A stretch of 46,943 nt of DNA from Chromatiales bacterium (GTDB lineage: Bacteria > Pseudomonadota > Gammaproteobacteria > Steroidobacterales > BM003): contig JAOTSW010000002.1 in assembly GCA_029864735.1 (NCBI GenBank), forward strand, positions 1 through 46,943, read 5' to 3'. Shown piece by piece: positions 26,807 to 34,713 of the stretch. Every line of letters starts with the position of its first letter. Within the stretch, counting starts at the first letter, position 1. Made by a program: the position numbers and the translations under genes. The notes below the pieces were generated by a model. The model was not told the origin of the DNA. It did not search any database and worked only from the letters and a program-made list of their open reading frames with translations.

Positions 26807-27537
26807 ATGCCGCCATGATCCTGTTTCGTCGTGAACTGCGCAGTTACTTCGCCACACCGCTTGCCTATGTATTCATCGTAATCTTCCTGTTGCTTGCGGG
26901 TTCGTTCACCTTCTTCCTGGGCGGATTTTACGAACGCGGACAAGCCGATCTGTTGCCCTTCTTCAGCTTCCATCCGTGGCTCTACCTGTTCCTGGTTCCG
27001 GCCCTGTCCATGCGTCTGTGGGCCGAGGAAAGAAAGTCCGGAAGCGTTGAATTGTTGATGACCCTGCCGTTGACCCTGCTGCAGGCGGTATTGGGCAAAT
27101 TCCTTGCAGCCTGGGCGTTCACCGGCATTGCCCTGGCACTGACCTTCCCCATGTGGCTGTCGGTGAACTACCTCGGGGACCCGGACAACGGCGCGATTCT
27201 CGCGGCCTACCTGGGCAGTCTTCTGATGGCCGGAGCATTCCTGGCCATCGGCGCGTGCATCTCCGCCACCACTCGCAACCAGGTCGTGGCATTTATCCTC
27301 ACCGTGGTGGTGTGTTTCGGCTTCCTGCTCAGTGGCTTCCCCCTGGTGCTTGAACTGTTCCGAGACTGGGCGCCACAGTTACTGGTGGACACTATCGCCA
27401 GCTTCAGCTTCCTCACCCACTTCAGCTCCATCTCCAAGGGAGTGATAGATCTGCGTGACCTGCTGTATTTCGGCGCCGTGATAGCCGCATGGCTGGCGGC
27501 GAATGTCGTGGTACTGGACTTGAAGAAGGCGGAATAG
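26803..27537 (+). CDS. ABC-2 type transporter permease (GldF-like)
   Basis: This is a 6-TM hydrophobic protein. Its ATGA start overlaps the stop of the ATPase gene. The N-terminus RRELRSYFATPLAYVFI is typical of ABC-2 permeases. Confidence 0.88.
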   Translation: MNAAMILFRRELRSYFATPLAYVFIVIFLLLAGSFTFFLGGFYERGQADLLPFFSFHPWLYLFLVPALSMRLWAEERKSGSVELLMTLPLTLLQAVLGKFLAAWAFTGIALALTFPMWLSVNYLGDPDNGAILAAYLGSLLMAGAFLAIGACISATTRNQVVAFILTVVVCFGFLLSGFPLVLELFRDWAPQLLVDTIASFSFLTHFSSISKGVIDLRDLLYFGAVIAAWLAANVVVLDLKKAE

Positions 27538-27540
27538 GCC

Positions 27541-29430
27541 ATGACCAAGGCAAACAAGAGAACCTATGACTCCTGGACGTTGCTGGTGCTGGCGTTGCTG
27601 TTTCTGGCGGTCATCATGGCCTCCAACAGCCTGTTCAGAAATATCCGCTGGGACCTGACTGAAAACCAGCTTTACACCATGTCCGAGGGAACGCGAAATA
27701 TCCTGAACCAGCTTGAGGAACCGATAAACCTGTACTTCTTCTTCTCCGAGCAAGCCAGCAGGGATATCCCGTCAGTTCGAAACTACGCTAACCGGGTAAG
27801 AGAGCTGCTGGAGGAGTTCGCCGCCAATTCCTCGGACAAGATTCATCTTCGGGTGGTTGACCCCTTGCCGTTCTCCGAGGAAGAGGACATGGCAACCGAA
27901 TTTGGCCTGACAGCCGTACCCATCGGCACCGCCGGTGAAAATATTTATTTCGGGCTGGCTGGAACAAACATGGTGGACGATGCGGCCACCATTACTTTTT
28001 TCCATCCCGACAAGGAAAACTTCCTGGAGTACGAACTGGCCAAGCTGGTGCACTCCCTGGATCATCCCGAGCGTCCGGTAATCGGATTGCTCAGTAGCCT
28101 GCCCATGCAGCGGGACTTCGACCCGGTCAGCCGGCAGATGCGCCAGGCGTGGGTGGTCGCCGACCAGGCGGAGCAACTTTTCGAGCTTCGGACCTTGCCG
28201 CCACAATTCAGCGAAATTGCCGATGACATTGAGTTATTACTCCTGGTCCACCCCCGAAACCTGTCCGAACAAACCTTGTATGCCATAGACCAATTCGTCA
28301 TGCGTGGCGGTCGATGTTTGATTTTCGTTGACCCCTTCGCCGAGTCTGACCTGTCCGGAATAGATCCCGATAATCCAATGGCCCCGAGGACCGTCAGACC
28401 AAGCTCGAACCTGGGCCCCCTCTTCAGCGCCTGGGGCATCCGCTATAACCCGGGGCAGGTGATCGCCGATGAAGAACTGGCGCTAAGCGTCACCATGGGC
28501 CCGGGCCGCCCCTCGGTAAGGCACCTGTCCTTTTTAGGCTTCGGCGAAGGACAGTTGAACCGCGAGGACATCATCACTTCCCAACTGGATGTGGTGAATG
28601 CGGCGACCCCGGGATTTTTCGAGCTGGAAGAGAATTCACCGCTGGAAATGACGCCCCTGCTGCAAAGTAGTTCCCGCGCGATGCCGGTGACAGCCGACCG
28701 CTTCGATTTCATGCCCGACCCGTCTGCCTTGCGCAACGGATTCGCTCCCACCGGTCAGCGATACACCGTGGCGGCAAGGCTCACCGGCCACCTGGCCAGC
28801 GCTTTTCCCGGCGGCCTGAAAGGCACGGACAATTCCGGTGATAGCGACAAAGCCCAACACCTGGCCGAATCCACCAGTGATGCGACCATGATCCTGGTGG
28901 CTGACACGGACTTGCTGACTGACCGATTCTGGGTACAGGTCCAGGGCTTCATGGGTCAGCGACTGGCCACGGCCTTTGCCAACAACGGCGACCTGGTGGT
29001 TAATTCACTGGACAATCTTTCCGGAAGCGTGGACCTGATAAGTATCCGGGGCCGCGCGGGCTACACCCGCCCCTTCAGCAGGGTGGAGTCCCTGCGTCGC
29101 GAGGCCGAGGCGCGCCTGCAAGCAAAGGAGCAGGAACTCGAGCAACAACTCAAGGTCACCGAGCAAAGCCTGAGCGAACTGCAGTCTCAACGACCAGATC
29201 AAAACGCCGTGCTTCTCAACGAGGAACAGAGCGAGGAACTGCAACGCTTTCTTGATGAAAAAGTCCGTATACGCAAGGAATTACGACTGGTAAGACTGGA
29301 ACTCGACCAGGAAATCGATCAACTGGGCAGCACCCTGAGATTCGTCAACATCGGGCTGATTCCCTTGCTGCTTACCCTGGCGCTAATCCTTTGGATCGGC
29401 CTGGCGGGAAAACGGCGCAAGGATCGGTAG
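27541..29430 (+). CDS. GldG-family ABC transporter auxiliary protein
   Basis: An N-terminal TM helix is followed by RWDLTENQLYTLS-type sequence (RWDLTENQLYTMSEGT). The protein has a large periplasmic domain, a coiled coil (EARLQAKEQELEQQLKVTEQSL) and a C-terminal TM helix. It lies directly after the ABC-2 permease gene. Confidence 0.85.
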   Translation: MTKANKRTYDSWTLLVLALLFLAVIMASNSLFRNIRWDLTENQLYTMSEGTRNILNQLEEPINLYFFFSEQASRDIPSVRNYANRVRELLEEFAANSSDKIHLRVVDPLPFSEEEDMATEFGLTAVPIGTAGENIYFGLAGTNMVDDAATITFFHPDKENFLEYELAKLVHSLDHPERPVIGLLSSLPMQRDFDPVSRQMRQAWVVADQAEQLFELRTLPPQFSEIADDIELLLLVHPRNLSEQTLYAIDQFVMRGGRCLIFVDPFAESDLSGIDPDNPMAPRTVRPSSNLGPLFSAWGIRYNPGQVIADEELALSVTMGPGRPSVRHLSFLGFGEGQLNREDIITSQLDVVNAATPGFFELEENSPLEMTPLLQSSSRAMPVTADRFDFMPDPSALRNGFAPTGQRYTVAARLTGHLASAFPGGLKGTDNSGDSDKAQHLAESTSDATMILVADTDLLTDRFWVQVQGFMGQRLATAFANNGDLVVNSLDNLSGSVDLISIRGRAGYTRPFSRVESLRREAEARLQAKEQELEQQLKVTEQSLSELQSQRPDQNAVLLNEEQSEELQRFLDEKVRIRKELRLVRLELDQEIDQLGSTLRFVNIGLIPLLLTLALILWIGLAGKRRKDR

Positions 29431-29436
29431 CCAATT

Positions 29437-30444
29437 ATGAACATCAAAAAACTCAGCGCCCTGCTCGGACTGGCTCTCGGCATACTGGCCCTGGCCTGGT
29501 GGCAGGCGGCGCAGCGCGGCGCATCCGAGGGCCTGCATTCAGGAGAACTCATGCTGCCCGGTCTTCGGGAGCAAATTAATGATGTCACCGGGCTGATCAT
29601 CCAGCAGTCTGAGGGCGAGAAAGTGAGCATCCGCCTGAATAATGGCCAGTGGCAACTGGAGGAGAAGCAGGGTTACCCGGCTGACGGGGGCAAAATACGG
29701 AGCGCCCTGCTGATCCTGGCCGACGCCAAAATTCTCGAGGAAAAAACCTCCAGGCCGGAGATGTATTCCCGGCTTGGTGTACAGGACCCGGGAACACCCG
29801 ATGCGCAGAACCTGAGCGTGACCGTTGAACTGGGCGAAGCGCGACGCGACCTCATCATAGGCAAGTCAGCCATGGGAAACAGTCACTATGTGCGTCGCGG
29901 CGGCGAGGCAGTGAGCCTGCTGGTAAATCAGAGTCTCGCTGTGGAAGCGAATGCGATGAAATGGCTGCAAACCGGAATCCTGGATATTGGCGCGAAGCAG
30001 ATCAGCCGGATCAACATTCAGCATGCCGGTGGCGACACCCTGACGATCATCCGCCTTGAAGACTCCGGCGACAATTTCATCATTCAAGACATGCCGGACG
30101 GCCGTGAACCGATCTCGGAATTTGCCGCCAACGGGATCGCAAGTTCCCTGGCACGACTCAACTTTGAGGATGTGCGACGAAGACAAGACAGTGAACTGGC
30201 AGGATCCACGTCTATCGCAGTCACCACCCGGGACGGCCTGTTGATTTCCCTGTCCCTGCAACCCGGCAGTCCGGGGTGGGCCAGATTTTCTTTCTCCCAG
30301 GCTATGCCGGGTCAAAATGAAGAGATCGAGCAACAGGTCCGGGACTACTCAGCGCGACTCCAGGACTGGGAATTTGCCTTGCCGGGACGACGGGCCGATC
30401 AACTGCGACAACACCTGGACGACCTGCTCAAGCCCCTGAACTGA
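29437..30444 (+). CDS. DUF4340-like protein (fourth gene of the GldA/F/G-like cluster)
   Basis: The protein has an N-terminal TM/signal segment (LSALLGLALGILALAWW). The gene lies 6 nt after the GldG-like gene. This size and position are typical of the DUF4340 partner. Confidence 0.7.
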   Translation: MNIKKLSALLGLALGILALAWWQAAQRGASEGLHSGELMLPGLREQINDVTGLIIQQSEGEKVSIRLNNGQWQLEEKQGYPADGGKIRSALLILADAKILEEKTSRPEMYSRLGVQDPGTPDAQNLSVTVELGEARRDLIIGKSAMGNSHYVRRGGEAVSLLVNQSLAVEANAMKWLQTGILDIGAKQISRINIQHAGGDTLTIIRLEDSGDNFIIQDMPDGREPISEFAANGIASSLARLNFEDVRRRQDSELAGSTSIAVTTRDGLLISLSLQPGSPGWARFSFSQAMPGQNEEIEQQVRDYSARLQDWEFALPGRRADQLRQHLDDLLKPLN

Positions 30445-30559
30445 AGCATATAAAAATATCCGGACTCCCGTGCAGCGGGGATCAAGATGATTTGGTTCCA
30501 AGGTGAATTCGGCTGATCAAAACCAACCCGCGGCCGAAGTACAACCGGATGCAACTCCT

Positions 30560-30600
30560 GGTGCGGGCCCCGGCGATTGGTGTCGCCGGGTGGCCGCACC
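30560..30600. terminator. compound stem-loop between the convergent DUF4340 and DUF465 genes
   Basis: The structure is GGTGCGG-GCC-CCGGCG-attggtgt-CGCCGG-GTGG-CCGCACC, i.e. 7-bp and 6-bp stems with an internal loop. It lies 13 nt from the DUF465 stop. There is no clear U-tract. Confidence 0.35.
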
Positions 30601-30613
30601 AATCAAGTTGTGG

Positions 30614-30862
30614 TTAGTCGTTACGTGCTTTGACTAACATTCTGTAGAGCCTGTCTTTTAGATAGACACGGCGCCTTTTTAAATTCTCGGCATAGTGATC
30701 GGCGGCTGGGGTAATGTCCTCGTCAATATTGTAAATTTGTGAATCGAGAACCGTGTACTCCTCAAACATGTCCCGGAATCCCTGGTCCATCGTATGCAAC
30801 TGGCGCATCAACGGAACGTACTCTGGAAATTCCTGGTCAAGAGGATGGTGTTCTATTGGCAT
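30614..30862 (-). CDS. DUF465 (YdcH-like) small protein
   Basis: The sequence MPIEHHPLDQEFPEYVPLMRQLHTMDQGFRDMFEEYTVLDSQIYN...LKRRRVYLKDRLYRML fits the DUF465 pattern. The ATG at 30862 is preceded by GAGGAGG. Confidence 0.8.
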   Translation of the reverse strand: MPIEHHPLDQEFPEYVPLMRQLHTMDQGFRDMFEEYTVLDSQIYNIDEDITPAADHYAENLKRRRVYLKDRLYRMLVKARND

Positions 30863-31247
30863 CTCTAACCTCCTCAAGGTTTCCTTAGAATTCGTCTCCA
30901 ACACTAGGACTGGAAAATCCAACGGTCAAATCAAGCACCCCTTGCCCTCTCGGTTTTTTCGTATCCACACAAACAGCACCCCACTAAATTCAATGCCCTA
31001 CGAGGTTTAGACCAAGTCCAGCCCGAGTTTAATAAAAATAACTTTTGCGCAAAACCTCTCAAATCCGCCGTGCGCAAGCCACTTGCGGGCCTCACTTTTT
31101 AGTCGAATGAATGGGCCCGAAGAACGCGAATTAGAACGCCCTGTTCCGAGCGAATCAGCACTCGCAAACCATTGGCAGGCCTTCCCAGCCAACGGCAAAG
31201 CTGTGATAGCGTTGAGTCAAACCCCAAGCCCGAGCGAGGACCCAAGC

Positions 31248-31958
31248 ATGACCGAAGCAATTTTCGAAACTGATGCCTACCAAAAGGACTGCCGGGCCAA
31301 GGTAGTGGAACTCGATTCCGAGGGTATTGTCCTGGACCGGACGGTGTTTTATCCGGTGGGTGGCGGACAGCCCGGGGACACCGGATGGCTCCAATGGGGC
31401 AATAGTCAGCGCCTGCAACTGACCGACACCCGCAGGCGGGAAGACGGAGAAATTCTACACCTCGCCGACCCCGACCAACCGTGGCCTCAAATCGGCACGG
31501 AGGTCCAGGCCATCCTGGACTGGGATCGTCGCTACCAACACATGCGAATGCACACCTGCATGCACCTGCTGGGAATAGTGCTCCCCCACGGCGTGACAGG
31601 AGGAAATATCACCGCCCAGAGAAGCCGCCTGGACTTCGACATGGAAGACCCGGTGGACAAGGATGCGGTCACTCAAGAATTAAACGAACTCATCCAGGCC
31701 GGTCACCCGGTTTCCACCCTGTGGATTACAGGAGAAGAACTGGCGGCCCAGCCGGAGTTGGTGAGAACTCTTTCGGCAGCGCCCCCGAAGGGTGCAGGCA
31801 GGATCAGACTCCTGAAGATCGCTGAACTGGACCTGCAACCCTGTGCTGGAACCCATGTCCTGAACACATCCGAAATTGGCCTCGCCAGTGTAGTCAAGAC
31901 AGAGAAGAAAGGCCGCCACAACAGGCGAGTACATTTGGAGTTGGCAAAGCCGGAGTAA
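31248..31958 (+). CDS. alanyl-tRNA editing protein (AlaX-M type, tRNA synthetase second additional domain)
   Basis: The N-terminus reads MTEAIFETDAYQKDCRAKVVEL...VLDRTVFYPVGGGQPGDTG. The zinc motif is HTCMHLL...C..TH. I chose the ATG at 31248 because it matches the family N-terminus. Confidence 0.85.
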   Translation: MTEAIFETDAYQKDCRAKVVELDSEGIVLDRTVFYPVGGGQPGDTGWLQWGNSQRLQLTDTRRREDGEILHLADPDQPWPQIGTEVQAILDWDRRYQHMRMHTCMHLLGIVLPHGVTGGNITAQRSRLDFDMEDPVDKDAVTQELNELIQAGHPVSTLWITGEELAAQPELVRTLSAAPPKGAGRIRLLKIAELDLQPCAGTHVLNTSEIGLASVVKTEKKGRHNRRVHLELAKPE

Positions 31959-32094
31959 CCGGCAAGGTCTAATACCGTTGAACTACTAGCGGATTTACGC
32001 TGAGTGAGTTAGTTTACCTCTTGTAAAAGGACATTTAATTAAAAAAAGCCGCGATAGATTTCGCGTTGCAAACTTATAACAAAGGTAAATTGGA

Positions 32095-34209
32095 GTGTCC
32101 CAGTCGGCGCCCGTTCTACTGCTTATAGATGCAAATCCGGATGATGTCCGCCTCGTCAGAGGTGAACTCGCTAATGCAAAGCATGATGACTACGACATCC
32201 AGGTAGCCGATTCTCTGGCTAACGCACTGGAACGTATTCGGCTGGGCGGAATAAGCGTCATCCTGATGGACCTGGTGCTTCCCGACACCCAGGGAATTGC
32301 TGCATTTCTGCGGGTATATCCCAAGGCTGGCAATGTGCCGGTCATTGTCCTGGTGGATCAAAAAGATGAAGACCTTGGACAACTCGCGGTCGACAAAGGC
32401 GCGCTGGACTACCTGGTAAAGCAGCAGGTAGTGAGCAACCTGCTCGTAAAGTCCCTGCGGTACGCGACCGACAGAACCCATACACTGATAGCCCTCAAGG
32501 CCTCGGAAGCCAAGTATCGCGAGTTGTTCCAGAATGTAACAGCCGGCGTATTCCAGACATCGATAGACGGGAAGTTCCTGAGCGCCAACCCGGCGATGGT
32601 GAGACTTCTGGGATATGAGTCCGAAGAGGAATTGCTGGGACTGGACATAGCACAAGATGTCTACATGTACCCGGACTCCCGTGACAACTGGGCCAGGAGC
32701 ATTCAGGAAAAAGGCGAGATCCGCAATTCCGAGCTGATCCTGCGAAAGCGGGACGGAACCAAGATCGTGGTGCTGGAAAATGCCCGAGCGGTTCGCAACC
32801 AGGCTGGCGATATCATGTATTACCAGGGTGCGCTGACAGATATTACCGAGGCCCATGAGCAGTCGAAGAAGCTGTCCTATGACGCAAGTCACGACGCACT
32901 CACCGGACTGATAAACCGTCGGGAATTTGAAATAAGGGTCGAGCAGGTACTTGAAGCCGCAAAGTCTAACGACGTCGAGTATGCCGTTTGCTATCTCGAC
33001 CTGGATAAATTCAAAATCATCAATGACAACTGTGGTCATGTTGCGGGTGACGAATTGCTGCGACAGCTGGGTGCGGTGCTTCAAGCCAGGATTCGCCAGG
33101 GCGATACCATCGCCCGACTCGGCGGCGACGAGTTCGGCGTGCTGCTTAACCACTGCTCGCTGGAAAATGCGATACAGGTAAGCAAAAACCTGCTGCGCAC
33201 CATCAAGGAATTCAAGTTTGCCTGGGATCAGCGTTATTTCACCCTGGGGGTGAGCATAGGCCTGGTACCGATAGACAAGTCGTTCGGTAGCGTCTCGGAC
33301 GTGCTGTCTGCTGCCGATGCCGCCTGCTACACCGCCAAGGACAGAGGGCGTAACCGCTTGCATATCTATGAGCCGGACGACAAGGAACTGGGGCGCTACA
33401 GGGGTGAGATCCAGTGGGCCGCCAAGGTCAAAAAGGCCCTTCGAAACGATGAATTCACACTGGATGTGCAGCCCATCGTCCCGATGATGCCGGCGGCCTC
33501 AAATCTGCAGTACCTGGAAGTCCTCGTCCGAATGATGGACGAAAACGGACGGCAAATTCCCCCGGGAGCATTTCTACCTACGGTTGAACGTTACAACCTG
33601 ATGGGAAATCTTGATTGCTGGGTGATTGAGCATTCTCTGAAAGCATTTAGCGAGGATCCGAAAATGCTCGCTCAAATTGCCCGGATATTTATCAACCTTT
33701 CCCGAGACAGCCTGCAAGACGGTAATTTTCCGGATATCGTGGCGGACTTGTTACGGGTGGGACGAGTCCCTCCCCATAAGCTGTGCTTCGAAATTACCGA
33801 AGCCGCAGCGATGTCCAACCTGACTAAGGCTAACCAGACCATCAATGCTATTCGCGAATTGGGCTGTAGATTCGCCCTGGATGATTTTGGCACCGGGATA
33901 AGCTCTTTCGCCTACCTGAAAGCCCTCAATGTGGACTACCTGAAGATTGATGGCGCCCATATTCGAGACCTGGCCGACGACAAGGGGGATTTTGAAATCG
34001 TGAAGGCAATTACCCATGTGGGACACGCACTGGGTCGCGAAGTGATCGCTGAATCAGTAGAAAGCAAGCGCATCCTGGATGCCTTGGCAGAAATTGGCGT
34101 GGACTTTGTCCAAGGATACACCATCGCACCACCCCACAATATTCGCCAGACAGGCGCGGTCCCGCCGCCTAAACCCTTACAGGCGAATTCACCAATCCCC
34201 GGTCAGTAA
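32095..34209 (+). CDS. response regulator receiver - PAS - GGDEF - EAL signalling protein (c-di-GMP turnover)
   Basis: The REC domain shows VLLLIDANPDD...VILMDLVLPDTQG. The PAS domain shows YRELFQNVTAGVFQTSIDGKFLSANPAM. The GGDEF motif is RLGGDEFGVLL. The EAL domain shows EVLVRM...DDFGTGISSFAYLKALNVDYLKIDG. The start is GTG. Confidence 0.93.
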   Translation: MSQSAPVLLLIDANPDDVRLVRGELANAKHDDYDIQVADSLANALERIRLGGISVILMDLVLPDTQGIAAFLRVYPKAGNVPVIVLVDQKDEDLGQLAVDKGALDYLVKQQVVSNLLVKSLRYATDRTHTLIALKASEAKYRELFQNVTAGVFQTSIDGKFLSANPAMVRLLGYESEEELLGLDIAQDVYMYPDSRDNWARSIQEKGEIRNSELILRKRDGTKIVVLENARAVRNQAGDIMYYQGALTDITEAHEQSKKLSYDASHDALTGLINRREFEIRVEQVLEAAKSNDVEYAVCYLDLDKFKIINDNCGHVAGDELLRQLGAVLQARIRQGDTIARLGGDEFGVLLNHCSLENAIQVSKNLLRTIKEFKFAWDQRYFTLGVSIGLVPIDKSFGSVSDVLSAADAACYTAKDRGRNRLHIYEPDDKELGRYRGEIQWAAKVKKALRNDEFTLDVQPIVPMMPAASNLQYLEVLVRMMDENGRQIPPGAFLPTVERYNLMGNLDCWVIEHSLKAFSEDPKMLAQIARIFINLSRDSLQDGNFPDIVADLLRVGRVPPHKLCFEITEAAAMSNLTKANQTINAIRELGCRFALDDFGTGISSFAYLKALNVDYLKIDGAHIRDLADDKGDFEIVKAITHVGHALGREVIAESVESKRILDALAEIGVDFVQGYTIAPPHNIRQTGAVPPPKPLQANSPIPGQ

Positions 34210-34713
34210 ATCGCCCTTGTCCCGCATGGCCTCGACCTCCATTTCGGTTTCTCCCCCAGCCTTCTCGACTGCCTGGCCTGCGCCCGCAATACGGTCCGCT
34301 GCAGCACCGACTACCGAATTGGTGGCATCGCCGCCCACGGCAATGCCCGAGATATTTCCGCCCTACCCCCGTAAAGCCCTAAAACCATGGGCCCGGTTAT
34401 TCGGAAAACCCTTTATTCCTGATTACAATCAACATGTTAGTTTAGAGATCCGTGAACAAACGGGCTTCATGACCCGGCTTTACCGGTCATCAGGGGCTCT
34501 CTCCGACCTGGCAAAAAACCAGGGATACTTCGGTTTACCCTGCTATACCCGTCAACATTGAGCGTCTAAATTCAAAGACAAGAGAGGGAGGACAACTGAG
34601 CAGGATTGTGCCCGCTACTCAACGTGGCCCCGGATTAGTCTGGTCACGTTAACCGGCACAGCCCTCCCGGGATTGTCGCCCAGAGTGAAACCTAGCGAAG
34701 AAGGCCACTTATT

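Noticed and set aside
32116-33363. A 415-aa ORF lies antisense to the REC-PAS-GGDEF-EAL gene.
   Set aside because: The sense strand carries unambiguous REC, PAS, GGDEF and EAL motifs. The antisense translation has no recognisable motifs and an odd composition. It is a shadow ORF.
34079-34561. A 160-aa plus-strand ORF spans the end of the GGDEF-EAL gene and the following intergenic region.
   Set aside because: It overlaps the EAL domain coding region out of frame. It is Pro/Ser/Ala-rich with no motif and no RBS. It is not credible as a gene.
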